Positions 13,480 through 26,611 of a stretch of DNA of 64,000 nucleotides are shown in pieces. Where the stretch lies: the NCBI RefSeq assembly GCF_006345805.1, contig NC_043016.1, forward strand, positions 23,436,001-23,500,000, written 5' to 3'. How positions within the stretch are numbered: the stretch's first letter is position 1; each line of letters starts with the position of its first letter. Under the pieces are notes generated by a model. That model made no database searches. It saw nothing but the letters and a program-made list of their open reading frames with translations, and was not told the origin of the DNA. The DNA comes from Octopus sinensis. Its lineage: Eukaryota. The position numbers and the translations under genes are program-made.

Positions 13480-14840
13480 TCCTTAAAAATGTTTCAGCCA
13501 TGCTGGGACACCACCGTTGAATGAGCAACACTAGTATCTGAAACCACCTGATACGTGGCACTTGGGCAACAAGGGAGTTTGACGCCGCTGTCCGCATATG
13601 TGTTTCCTGCTGAGTGGTAGGTTCATCTGGAACCCCTGACAAGAAGAAATCCAGTTTAGTTTTAAAGAAACCCACATCCACACCATGCAGTTCTTTCAGG
13701 CATTTAGGAAGGATATTGAAGAGCTGTGGTCCCCTGAAACCCAAACTGTTGCAGTATCTGGTCCTGTATTTTGATGGTGATGTTGGGATCTTTGGCACCA
13801 TGCAGTGGCACCTCATTCTGCTGTTGGGGTAACTTTCAATGCCAAAATTCAGGACAAGACCCTCCAGAATTTCCAGATGTATATCACTGCATATCTCTCC
13901 CGTCTTCGCTCCAGGGAGAAGAGATTTAATACTTTCAGTCTTTCCCAGTAGCTGATATGTTGCATTGAGACTATCTTCTTAGTGTAGCTTCATTGGATTG
14001 CTTCGAGTTCTGCTGTTAAATTTATATTGTGTGGTGACCATAGTTGGGAGCAGTAGTCCAAGTGGCTGAGGACGAATGTCTTCCAAAGGACCATCAGTGT
14101 CACCTTCTCTCTTGTTCTGAAAGCTTGGAGGCTCCATCCAGCTAGCCGTCTGCATTTTATTACCAAATTGGCAATATGCACTTGAAAAGATGCATCATTG
14201 CTCATGTCGATGCCCAGGTCACGCACTGATTTTGATTCAGGAATTGCAATTCTTCCCGAACAATTGTATCCAGTCTGCACGTCGTTCACCTTTGTGTGCC
14301 GGTAGCACAGGGCATGAAACTTCCCTGCATTAAACTGCATTTTGTTGTCCTCAGCCCACCTGTATATTGTATCCAACTCCCATTGCAGATGTGTAATATT
14401 TCCAGGGTTTTGTATTATCTGAGAGACTTTTGTGTCATCTGCATAGCTAGCAAGGGTGGCCATCTTAGCAACTGGGGGCATGTCTGAAAGGGCCACAATG
14501 AACAGCAGTGGTCCCAAGACAGTGCCCTGTGGAACATCAATTATTATTTGTGTTTCCTTGGAGGTGGCTCCATTGGCCACGCCTGCCTGCCTTCTATCTT
14601 TTAGGAAGTTGTGCAGCCACACTCCAAGTTTTCCACCTATGCCTAGATCACACAGTTTGTGACAGACCATACCATGGTCGACTTTATCAAAGGCTTTTGC
14701 AAAGTCGAGATATATCACATCCACACTTGAGCCATTTAGTAGCTGTTTTAACACTCAGTCATAGTGTTGCAGGAGCTGTGTTGGACAGCTTCTACCTGGT
14801 CAAAATCAGTCAGCAAGTCATATTCTTCAAGGAACATGAT
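13480..14840 (-). mobile_element. 5'-truncated CR1-clade LINE (RT, C-terminus, 3' end)
   Basis: ORF 13990-14754 has VDVIYLDFAKAFDKVDHG, VPQGTVLGPLLF, YADDTK, VRDLGI and LSHLDYCSQLWSP. C-terminus NSLGFRGPQLFNILP...FKTKLDFFLSGVPDEP at about 13560-13816. Confidence 0.93.
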
Positions 14841-14844
14841 TAGT

Positions 14845-16853
14845 TTCACACATATATATATTTACATATATACATATACACATACATATATATACACATA
14901 TATACACACATATATATACATATATACACACACATATATATATATACATATATACACACATTATATACATATATACACACATTATATACATATATACACA
15001 CACATATATATACATATATACACACACATATATATACATATATACACACACATATATATACATATATACACACATATATACATATATACACACACACATA
15101 TACACACACACACATATATATATACATATATACACATACACACATATATATACATATATACACATATACACATATATATACATATATACACATATACACA
15201 TATATATATACACACATATACACATATATATATACACATATACACATATATATATACACACATATACACATATATTATACACACATATACACATATATAT
15301 ACACACATATACACATATATATATACACACATATACACATATATATATACACACATATACACATATATATATACACACATATACACATATATATATACAC
15401 ATATATACACATATATATATACACATATATACACATATATATATACACATATATACACATATATATATACACATATATATATACACATATATATACACAT
15501 TTATACACATATATATATACACATATATACACATATATATATACACATATATACATACACATATATACATACACATATATACATACACATATAATACACA
15601 TATATATACACACATATATACACATATATATACACACATATATACATATATATACACACATATTATACATAATATACACACATATATACATATATATACA
15701 CACATATATACATATATAACACACAATATATACATATATATACACACATATATACATATATATACACATATATATATACATATATATACACACATATATA
15801 CATATATATACACATATATATACATATATATATACACATACATATATACACATACATATATACATACATATATACACACATATATATATACATATATATA
15901 TACACATACATATATACACATACATATATACACATACATATATACACATACATATATACACACATATATACACATACATATATACACATACATATATACA
16001 CATATATAGATACACATATATATATACACATATATATACACATATATATATACACATACATATATACACATTACATATATTACACATATATATACACATA
16101 ATATATACACATATATATATACACATATATATACACATACTTATATAACACATATATATATCACATTATATACACATATATATACACATACATATACGTA
16201 CATATATACACATATATATACACATACATATACGTACATATATACACATACATATATACACATATATATACACACACATATATATATATACACATACATA
16301 TATACACATATATATACATACATATATACACATATATATACATACATATATACACATATATATACATACATATATACACATATATATACATACATATATA
16401 CACATATATATAGACATATATAAACATATATATATACACATACATATACAGACATATATAAACATATATATACACATACATATATACACATACATATATA
16501 TACATACATATATACACATACATATATACACATACATATATACACATATATATACACATACATATATACACATACATATATATACATACATATATACACA
16601 TACATATATATACATACATATATACACATACATATATATACATACATATATACACATACATATATATACATACATATATACACATATATATACATACATA
16701 TATACACATATATATACATACATATATACACATATATATACATACATATATACACATTTATATACATACATATATACACATTTATATACATACATATATA
16801 CACATATATATACATACATATATACACATATTTATATACATACATATATATAT
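14845..16853. repeat. ~2-kb compound (TA)/(CA)/(CATA) microsatellite array
   Basis: Direct reading. Confidence 0.97.
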
Positions 16854-16854
16854 G

Positions 16855-16911
16855 CGATAGCTCAGTTGGTAGAGCGGAGGACTGTAGTTGAAATTCTAAA
16901 TGATGATACAT
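16855..16911 (+). pseudogene. tRNA-Tyr(GTA) 5' half with probable intron; 3' half missing
   Basis: CGATAGCTCAGTTGGTAGAGCGGAGGACTGTAG (16855-16887) matches the conserved eukaryotic tRNA-Tyr 5' exon. It is followed by about 22 nt of putative intron and then TA/CA repeat. Confidence 0.7.
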
Positions 16912-17070
16912 ATATAAACATATACATAAACACACATATACACATATACGTATATACACATATACACACATATACATATATACACATATATATACATATA
17001 ATACATATAATGGGTCCAACCCATGCTAGCATGGAGAACGGACGTTAAACGACGATGATGATAATGATAA

Positions 17071-17147
17071 TAATATGAGGGAATATTCCAAACTTACAGG
17101 GAAAAAATTCAATTTAGAAATACTAAATCAAATTTCACAAAATATAA
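17071..17147 (-). mobile_element. Distal end of the inverted PLE terminal repeat
   Basis: Reverse complement of 21214-21293 (the PLE 5' UTR) with 2 substitutions and a 3-nt indel. It joins 19125 once Helitron 1 is removed. Confidence 0.7.
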
Positions 17148-17916
17148 TCTTTATATTATAAATCTGAAATGCGAAAAGTTTGTTTGTTTGTTTGTCTGGT
17201 TTTGGCATTGAGGACGGGTTAAAGGCCACTAGATCCCATTGGATTGACTCCAAAATTTACAGGAACATGTAAAATGAGGTGAGGATGTTAGTGGGCTAGG
17301 TTAGAAATCCCCATCTTAAAAGGTGTCGTTGCTAGGGCCAAAAACTCACTTTGACAAGTCTACTCTCATTCTTTTATGTATCTGTCTTCCTCCGTCACTC
17401 ACTCTCTTTCCTCCCTTTCCATCACTTTCTATCTATAATGTCTACTTCACCTTCACAGCGTCTACTTTCCATTCACTTTCTCTTTATAATGTCATTTCAC
17501 AGCGTCCTATATGCCCCCTCCCCGCCTTCGACTGCGCTTTCACACTCATTCTACGTCTGTCTGCATTCATAGAGAGAATTATCATCGCCACCATCACCAC
17601 ACAATCATGAGAACAAATATTATGAACCAGATATTTATTGAGTTAATTTATGTGTGTGCGTGTGTGTGTGTTCTATATATAAATATGTATATATAATGTA
17701 TATATACAAAGTGTATATATCTGTATTTATGTATATTAAACTTTTTAATACTTTTTGATAGTTATATATTTTTTTTAAATTATAAATATAATTAATAATT
17801 TTAATTTTAAATTTAAATAATTTAAATTTTTCAATTTTATATATATTTTTTATTTTTATGTTATGGTTTATGTTTTTCACTGTTTGATTTGCCTAATAGT
17901 GTTTTTTTATCTCTAA

Positions 17917-17954
<38 letters not shown>

Positions 17955-19124
17955 TAATTTGTATACAAATATGCACACCTATGGTAAAATTGCTGGTGAG
18001 TTTGCATGGCAACTATTTTTTTCCTCAAATGAAAGGCATGATCTCTAGGACGAAATTCCTCATCTTATAAAACGTGGCCCGAGTAGACCCGAATGAAATC
18101 GGGTTATATTAACCAAAATGTGAAAAGTGGTCTAAATGGGGCTGGAAGGGGACTAAAATTTACAGGAGCGGGTCTTTAGGAACTCTCTGTTACATGAAGC
18201 TAAAAAATTTGCCCCAGCCTTTTAATCGTCAATGTGTTGCCGTCCATGATGAAGAAATTTTGAATGCTTGCCATGGTGAGTCTACTTTCGTGAGAAAGAA
18301 TCACTTCAAAACTTGGTGTTTAGGAATTTTCTTTTACATCAAGTTCAAAATTTTACGCCAGCCGTTAAACTGTCAATACGTTGCTGTCCGTCGTTAAGAA
18401 ATGCCAGCCATGGTGACTCTACTATCCTCAGATTCTATCCCTTCAAACTTTGGTTTCCAATATTTTTTTATTTTTATTCAGCTCGCAAGTTCATCTGTCC
18501 CTTTAAAATGTTAGTGTTTTGCTGTCTGCCTTGAAGCAGACCTTTCCGTTGTCACTGCCTGATATTTATGATTGATCTTTCAAAATATATTCTTTCTCAA
18601 CTTACTCAAGATCTTTTGTGTTTATAAAGGAGAGATAGATAAAGATAGAGAGTAAGAGAAAACGAGAGAGAGTTCGAGAGAAAGGAAGAGTAAGAGAGTG
18701 GGAAAGTGAGAGAGAAGGAGAGAGAAACTAAGAGGGAGAAAATCATCATATCATCATCATAATCGTAACGTCCGTTTTCCGTGCTAGCACAGTTGGATGG
18801 TTGACCGGGGTCTGGGAAGCTAGGAGGCTGCACCAGGCTCCAGTCTTATCTGGCAGTGTTTCTACAGCTGGATGCCCTTCCTAACGCAACCACTCCATGA
18901 GTGTAGTGGGTGCTTTTTCGTGCCACCGGCACAGGTGCAAGGAGTGGGGGCTGGCAGCAGCCACGATCGGTTGGTGCTTTTTACGTGCCACCGGCATGGA
19001 AGCCAGTCAAGGCAGCGCTGCCATCGGCCATGTTCGGATGGTGCTTTTTACGTGCTGAAAGGTAGCAACAGAAAGTAACAACCACACTCTTACCCGCCCG
19101 TAGAGCGGGGTCACCTTTAGCTAG
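17148..19124 (+). mobile_element. Non-autonomous Helitron 1 with nested repeats
   Basis: 5' A|TCTTTATATTATAAA; 3' hairpin CCCGC..GCGGG then CTAG|T at 19121-19125; no TSD. Contains an RTE-tailed repeat (about 18741-19065) and an AT-rich PLE-like end (about 17640-17950). Confidence 0.75.
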
Positions 19125-19820
19125 TGGATATATATAAATTAGAAAAAAAAAACACCTTTTATCAATTCAATAATGAAAAATTAAATTATACCATCTACAA
19201 AAATTACATATTATAGAAAGAATAAATATAAGATAAAACATATAACAATGATTAAGTAATGTACAGAATAGTAAATAAAATGTATATATTTGGTAGAATA
19301 ACAACACATGTTTCGTGGCTATACTTAAGAAATGATAGTTATAATAATAGTAAAATTACTTCAATATAAATATAGCCACTCTTCGGGTTAAAGATAAAGA
19401 CAATAAAATAATTAATTAGATAAATTAATAAATATACGTAAATTATCTTGTAAAATACGAAATATCTGAAATATATTCTTGTTTAAATAAAAAAAAATAC
19501 AATAAAATATAAGATACAATTAATTAAAATATTTAAAAGATATATATATACACATATATAAAATACAAAATATACATTAAGTGAAAACTAAATACTATAA
19601 TTTAATCTATATACATTAAATTAAATTATTAATTAATTTATTTATTTAATAAACATCTAAATAAAATCTTATACTCATTAAGTAATTTATATTAAAAACC
19701 TTAATGTTAAGTAATATACATAATGTTAGTACAAGCTATAACTATTAGAATTAATAATAGGAAATGGTTTAAATATATACGCACCTATTAGATAAACTAA
19801 TTATATTATTAATATATGTG
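19125..19820 (-). mobile_element. Inverted PLE segment: GIY-YIG C-terminal remnant plus 3' UTR
   Basis: Minus strand reads AYIFKPFPIINSNSYSL...LLNEYKILFRC, resembling the Naiad C-terminal KPY..CNLC..LN...CRH region. An AT-rich UTR with a hammerhead-like motif follows. Confidence 0.55.
19299..19390 (-). ncRNA. Degenerate hammerhead-like motif in the PLE 3' UTR
   Basis: CCGAAGA (U4 replaced by C), perfect 9-bp stem II GTGGCTATA/TATAGCCAC, GAAAC, ATGT, GUU, 4-bp stem I TAAC/GTTA. Confidence 0.45.
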
Positions 19821-19848
19821 TAGTATCTATAGATACTATTTATATATA

Positions 19849-21209
19849 TCTATATATATAAAACTGAGAATGTGTGTGTCTGTCTGTCTGTGTGTTTCCC
19901 TAAAACTTGAGAACTACACAACTAATTTCATTCAAATTTTATACATGCCTTACTTAGGCCTGTGTAACTTTTTGCCTAGGGCGAGCCCATAGCAATATCA
20001 TATCTTTTCCACTATTTCAGTATTATGTGTTAAAAGTGAAACTAAAACATTTCTCTATTTTATGTCAGATACTTTCACTGTAACAATAAAAATTAGAGAT
20101 AATAATAACAATTGAATTATATGTAGTAAGTAATAATTAAAATCAAACTAAAGTATAATATAATCGTAACATAACAAAAGTAAAAATAGCAATTGGTATA
20201 AAATTGCATCAATGACTTGAACTTGAATAAGTGATTTCACATGAATGGGAATAAATTAAATTAAATCAACTGCGTACTACTCTTTAATTCACCGTAAGGT
20301 TTGTTGTTATTATTATTACTGTTTAACTATTGTTATCACGTTTGTTGGTTCCTCATAAGGGAAACGTTGTTGTGTTGCATTTGTTAAATAATTGTAAGCT
20401 ATAACCCTCCCCCTTTGGGAGACGGAGCTTTGGTTATTGTTTAAAAATTGAATTGTGTCCCTGTTTGGGGAAATTGACAATATTTTCACTGTTTATACGG
20501 AAGCATTTTTGTTAGAATGCCTTCGATAAAAGAAAGTCCAAAAATGAATTTCGCTGCAGCCGTCGGCGGGTGCGAACTCATTAAAATTAAAATGGAAGAA
20601 ATACAAACCTATTTCGGATTGATCACCGACAAAGATGATGAACCAAGGATAACACCACCAAACAAAATAAAAAATTAAATTAAAGAAAAGACTATTGTCT
20701 ATAAAGTATACAATGTAGAAAAAAAAGATTTGAACACCTGGAGGAAAGCACCATCAAAAAGTGTCTTGGTGCGACTATGAAAGATAGCTAACCAGAGGCA
20801 GTAAATTCGCCACAATAGAAGCAAGATCGAGTCAACGGAGTGTGCAAGGGAGTACTCGACTCAAACCTTGCAAAGTGGAAATATTTTATTTTTACCTTTA
20901 TATCTGGGACGTCCTACGTCTCAGATAAAAATTTAAAATGTCCCCCCAGAAGTAGAGGTAGGCTGGATTGTAGCCACACTTCTATACAAGAGGGAGAACA
21001 AGATACAATTGATCGAAATTGCAAGAGACGGGCCTACAATTCCAGCCTGTTATATATTTTGAGTATTGTTATCACTAGTGATATCAAGATATAACTTTGT
21101 ATTTTGTATTTTATGTGTAGATGTATATATATATAGATGTACATGTAATATGTACACATATATACATGCACTAGCACTATGACCCGGCAACGACGGGTCA
21201 TAATGCTAG
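19849..21209 (+). mobile_element. Non-autonomous Helitron 2
   Basis: 5' A|TCTATATATATAAAAC; 3' hairpin GACCCG..CGGGTC then CTAG|T at 21206-21210. Confidence 0.8.
20517..21060 (+). pseudogene. L1/Tx1-like ORF1 N-terminal fragment inside Helitron 2
   Basis: IKEKTIVYKVYNVEKK..HLEESTIKKCLG...RGSKFATIE...ILFLPLYLGRPTSQIKI.NVPPEVEVGWIVATLL, which aligns with the ORF1 at 55320-55860. Confidence 0.6.
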
Positions 21210-23217
21210 TCTATTATATTTTGTGAAATTTGATTTAGTATTTCTAAACTGAATTTTTTCCCTTTAAGTTTGGAATAATATTCCCTCATATTATATTATA
21301 TTTATAACTAACATTTCTGAGAGTTTACCCTCATTTTCGTCGGTTATGGAATTTACAGGTAAAATAGAACCACTTCTTTGGAATTCATCTTTGAAGGATA
21401 TTCCTATACCATCTAGAAAGGAATATATTTTAAAACTTAATAATATTAAAGATTTTATTACTAGGATTAAATGGAAAGCCTACTATAATAGTAGTAACAT
21501 AGCTAACATTAATGAAGTAGAGAGTAATAATTACATTAATTCAAAATTTAAATCTAGGAAGGAACTCCCATATAATAGAGAAATACAGGTTTTAGAGGAT
21601 AATATTTGGAAGGTAGTGAAAAATATTAAATTTCATAAGTACCCAAATAGACATAATGAATATTCAAGAAATTTAGCTATTAAAATTAAAGAAATGCGAA
21701 ATATGGAAGGTATCAGTACAAGCAGATAAACTAAGAAAACCTCTATAAAATAGATATTAAATTATATGAATTCCTATTAAAGAAAGAAAGAAAGAAAAAA
21801 TATAAAATTGTTCCAGAAAATACACTCTATAATATAAATACAGCCTCTAAATTAATAATGATGAAATATAATTTAGATAATAAAACTGAACCTTATGTAA
21901 CTTTGAAAGACTTTAAGGAAAATTTTTACTCTGACCCTAAGGTTAGATTAATTTGTCCATGTAAATCAGATTTAGGTAAATTAAGTAAAATTATTCTAGA
22001 TAAATACATTAATAGATTAAATGAATTTAATTTCCTTAAACTTTGGAGTAGTAATAATGATACTTTAAAAATGGTTTCATAATACTAAAGATAAAAATAA
22101 CTATAAATTCATTCAAATAGATATAGATAATTATTATTATTCGATTAATGAGATTATACTTAATAAAGCCCTAATATATGCAATGAATAAGGTAGGAATG
22201 ACCTCTGATGAAGTTAATGTTATTAAAATGGCTAGGAAATCGTTAATTAGATATAATAAATTATGGGCTAGGAAGGATACTAGAAATTATTTTGATATAC
22301 CTATGGGGGCACCAGATTCTGCACAGGCTACTGATTTAGTAGGTATTTATTTATTATCAGAACTTCAATTAGAAAATTTTAATTTGGAGGGTGGTTTATA
22401 TAGGGATGACCTTTTATTACTTACTAGGGGTTGTACAAATAGAAAATTAGAATTATATAAAAAGAAACTTTATAATTTCTTTAAAAGATATGGTTTAAGT
22501 ATTACTATTTATAATATTTATAATGAGAACTATAATGTTAATTATTTAGATGATAATTTTAATTTAATAACGGGTAAAACCCACCTATTCCATAAAATTA
22601 ATGAAAATATCAGATATATTAATGCTTATAGTAATCATCCACCTTCTGTTAAAAAATCGTTGATAAATAATGTAGGTAAAAGAATATCATTACTTATGAT
22701 TTAGAGATTTTTAATAAACATGCACCTTATTATAATAAAGCTCTGCATGAGGCAGGATATAATAATAATGTTAAATTCTTTAATACCTTGTAAACATAAT
22801 TATAATTTGAAGGAGTATAATATAAATGATTTTTATAATTATAAACCAAATTATTTGAATTATAAATTTTATTTAGGTATCTATCGTCTTAATAATAATA
22901 GGTATTTTGATGATGTAAATCATCATACATTTAATATTGGAATAAAAAACAAAAATATAAATAAAAATAAGATAAAATTTAATTCAATTAATGAAGATAA
23001 TAAATTCAATAATATTACAAAAAAAAATATTATAATAATATAAAAGATAAAAATAAAATATGATTAATCGTTCCTTTTGGGACTCAGGTTAAAACAAATC
23101 ATATTAAAGAAATTTTAAATATTCAATAGGGATAATAAAAAATATAATATTTTTTCTAATAATAATTTTGGAGTTGAGTACTCAACAACTAGTAAGGTTG
23201 GTAATATTATTTCCAAA
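21210..23217 (+). mobile_element. Penelope-like element (Naiad-type): 5' UTR plus disrupted RT ORF, truncated before GIY-YIG
   Basis: SSLKDIPIPSRKEY, RIKWKAY, ADKT, PYVTLKDFKENF..PKVRLICPCKSDLGKLSK, FDIPMGAPDSAQATDLVGIYLL, GGLYRDDLL, YINAYSNHPPSVKKSL, linker LIVPFGTQVKTN and VEYSTTSKVGNII. ORF pieces 21346-21729, 21858-22082 and 22183-22704. Confidence 0.88.
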
Positions 23218-23480
23218 GATGCACAGGAGGAACTGTTCAATGAGGTGACTAGTTGGAGAAGGGCAAAATATGTGGATATGGAAGGACAGGTAAGTGAAGT
23301 AGGTTGGGACATGTGTCTGTTGGTGTTGCAAGTTCAAAGGGATGCAATTGTTAAATATAAAAGGGAATATAAGTGTTGGAAGACAGACATTGACATAAAT
23401 AGGATACCAGCATGTATAGAGTACTAGGAGCTATGAGAAAATTTAAATCTGGACATTCTAAAAGTGTCAGGACTTAAAAA
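23200..23480 (-). mobile_element. Degraded L2/Daphne-like LINE C-terminal fragment
   Basis: Weak similarity to the ORF2 C-terminus also seen at 28100-28480. Confidence 0.35.
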
Positions 23481-25569
23481 AGAAGCGATGTTGTTAGATG
23501 TGGGATTAGCAGCTCATTTTCATGAATCATACATATTATCATAATTGAATCGTTTTTTATTTTAATTTTTTTTTGTGTTATATACCCCCACATGTGTTTG
23601 TGATGTCCCATCTGTGCTAGCCCCTTGTGGGAAATAAAAGTAGCAATGAGAGGACATTTCCCCAAGGTATTACATTGACTGAACAAGCAGCTTTGTGGTT
23701 GCAAAGCAAACTACCTAACTATATAATAATTATATAGAAATCTGATTATTAAAATAATTATGTGTAACAATTGGGCCACAATTGTTTGCAGAAAATGGAT
23801 GCATTCATCAAGACACAATCAAAATAGGTTTCAACTAAATAATATAAAAAAATATTGAACCCATTAGCGGATTTCTGATGTGCAATGTATTCCTAATGTG
23901 CTTTCAAAAAATATTTATATCAATAGCTCTGTGCAAGATTAGCTGTAATTACAGGAAATACTTTGTAGTAGTTACTCTACATCTTGTGGAAGAGGCAGAC
24001 CCAGAAAGACATGGGATGAGGTGATGAATATTGGGCCTCATTGAGGCAATGACTAGTGACCAAGTTCTTTGGCAATATGCCATGTTCAAGAAGACTCGTC
24101 AAACTAAGTGAAATTGTAATCATGGACAATGCCAGTATCACAGAGGCATTGTGACCAATGCCAATGTCACGCACCTGGCACCTGTGCTGGTGGCACATAA
24201 AAAGCACCTATCAAGCATTTGGCCTGATGGAGGCAATGTGATCGATACCAATGGCACAAAACTGGCATCTGTGCTGGTGGCACATAAAAGCACCTTTCAA
24301 GCATTGGGCCTTGCAGAGGCTATGACAAATGACCAAGACCTCTGGTAATATGCTGTGCTTGAGAAGAAGACCCATCTAGCCAAGTAAAATCGTAGTTATG
24401 GCAGATACTGGTGTCACATAACTGGCACCCATGTTGGTAGCACTCTTGGAGTGGTTGTATTAGGAAGGGCATCCAGCCATAGAAACCATGCCAAATCAGA
24501 TTGGGGTCTGGTGCAGCCCCTCAGTTTTCCAGTCCTGGTCAAACCATCCAACCTATGCCAGTATGGACAACGTACATTAAAAGATGATGATGATGATATG
24601 TGTGTGTGTGTGTGTGTGTATGCATGTGTGTACAAACATATCTAATCATGTAATCTGAAAAAAAAAACCTGTTTGTGTGTTATAGACATACACCGAATGT
24701 TATTTTTGTAATTCAGACTACATAATAGGTTATATATATAAGTATATATATATATACATATATATATGAAATAATGAAGGCAGTTATACATAAAATAAAA
24801 CCCAAAAGGAAAAATTCAATACTATACACTGATGGTCATATTCAGCCAAACCATCCAGCAATGGAGTAGCCACCACTGATGTCACTTGCTGTGAGGCAGT
24901 TATCTCCCTTGTCAGTGCATAGACATGTGTTTTTTTGCAGCTTTAAAGGTATTAACCCCTGATTTCTAACAATGTAGGTGCTACCCTGCACTCTCAGTCA
25001 CAAATTAGTGATAATTGAAGTATACATATCTCATCATCATCATTTAATGTCCATTGTCCATGCTGGAAAAGGTTGGACAGTTTGACCAGGGCTGGTAAAC
25101 TGAAGGGCTGCACCAAACTCCAGTCTGATTTGGCATGGTTTCTACAGCTGGATGCCCTTCCTAACGCCAACCACTCCAAGAGTGTAATGGGTGCTTTTTA
25201 CATGCCACCAGCACAGGTGCCAGTTTCATGACTTCAGTATCTGTCATGACTACAATTCCACTAGGCTTTTCAAGCACAGCACATTGCCAAAGATTGTGGT
25301 AATTTTCCATTGCCACTATGTGGCCCAGCACTTGAAAGGTGCTTTTCACATGCCACCAACATAGGTGCCAGTTACGCAACACCAGCGTTAGCCACATTGC
25401 CTGTGAGGCCCAACACTCAAAAGGTGCTTTTTACATGGCAGTCACGTGATACTAACAATGGTCGCAATTACAATTTCACTTGGCTTGACAGATCTTCTCA
25501 AGCACAGCATACTGCTAAAGGTCTCGGTCACTGGTCATTGCCTCCATGAGGCCCAACATTCAAAAATCA

Positions 25570-26280
25570 TGCTTCACCATCTCATCCCACATCTTCCTGG
25601 GTCTCCCTCTTCCACAGCAGAGATCAGTACTTCTTCACACAGCTGTCCACATCCAGACACATCACATGACCATACCAATGCAATCATCTCTCTTGCACAC
25701 CACGTCTGATGCTTTTTATGCCCAACTTTTCTCTCAAGACATTTTCACTGTCATGCATGCACACTGACATTGCACAACCAGCAAAGCATACAAGCTTCAT
25801 TTCTTTCAAGCCTACACATGTCCTTGGCAGTCACAGCTCATGTTTCACTGCTATGTAGTACGGCTGTTCGCACACAGACATCATACAATCTGCCTTTCAT
25901 TCTGAGGGAGAGGCCCTTTGTTACCAACAGTGGGAGCTCTCTGAACTTTACCCAACCCATTCTTATTCTAGCAGCTAAACTCTCAGAGCATCGACCCCTG
26001 CTACTGACTTGGTCACCTAGGTAATGGAGGCTATCAACTACTTCTAGTTTTTCCCTCTGGCATTTGATGGAGTCTATTTTCTGTACGTTTTTAGTGTTAA
26101 TTGTACCTGTACACCTTCCACACACAATAACTAGTTTCCCTCTGATATTGCTGCACCTCTTATGTGTCCAAAGCTTACACCAGGTGCATCTTATGAAATT
26201 TCTACTTACGCCTTTCCTACAGCTCGAGCAGAGTCACACACTTTAAGTTTATGTGAAACACTTTTGAGTACACTCATAGA
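25570..26280 (-). mobile_element. RTEX-like LINE ORF2 fragment
   Basis: VCGRCTG...LEVVDSLHYLGDQVSSRGRCSESLAARIRMGWVKFRELPLLVTKGLSLRMKGRLYDVCVRTAVLHSSET. Confidence 0.8.
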
Positions 26281-26580
26281 AAGCTCCTATGCTAATATTC
26301 TGGCTACTGACTGTTTATTTTTTTTTTACTTGTTTCAGTCACCGGACTGCTTCTATACTGGGGCATTGCCATTAAATGGTTTAATAAATCATATTAACCC
26401 CAGTAGTCAAGTGATGAGACACAATCTGAGACACAAGCATACCATACATATATATCATCTGCCGAATCATTCAGAACTATAGCAGTAGCTATTTGGTCAA
26501 AACAACCACACAGTGGGACTGAACCCTAACTATGTAGTTGCAAAGCAAACATCTTATTCACACAGCTATGCCTGTGCTTA

Positions 26581-26611
<31 letters not shown>

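Noticed and set aside
12438-17019. Long ORFs (up to 427 aa) rich in Y/I/H/T or M/C/V/Y, also at 344-949
   Set aside because: Translations of TA/CA microsatellites, which lack stop codons in several frames; not genes.
23280-23300. Strong splice donor CAG|GTAAGT
   Set aside because: Lies in the antisense of a decayed LINE fragment, with no supported upstream exon.
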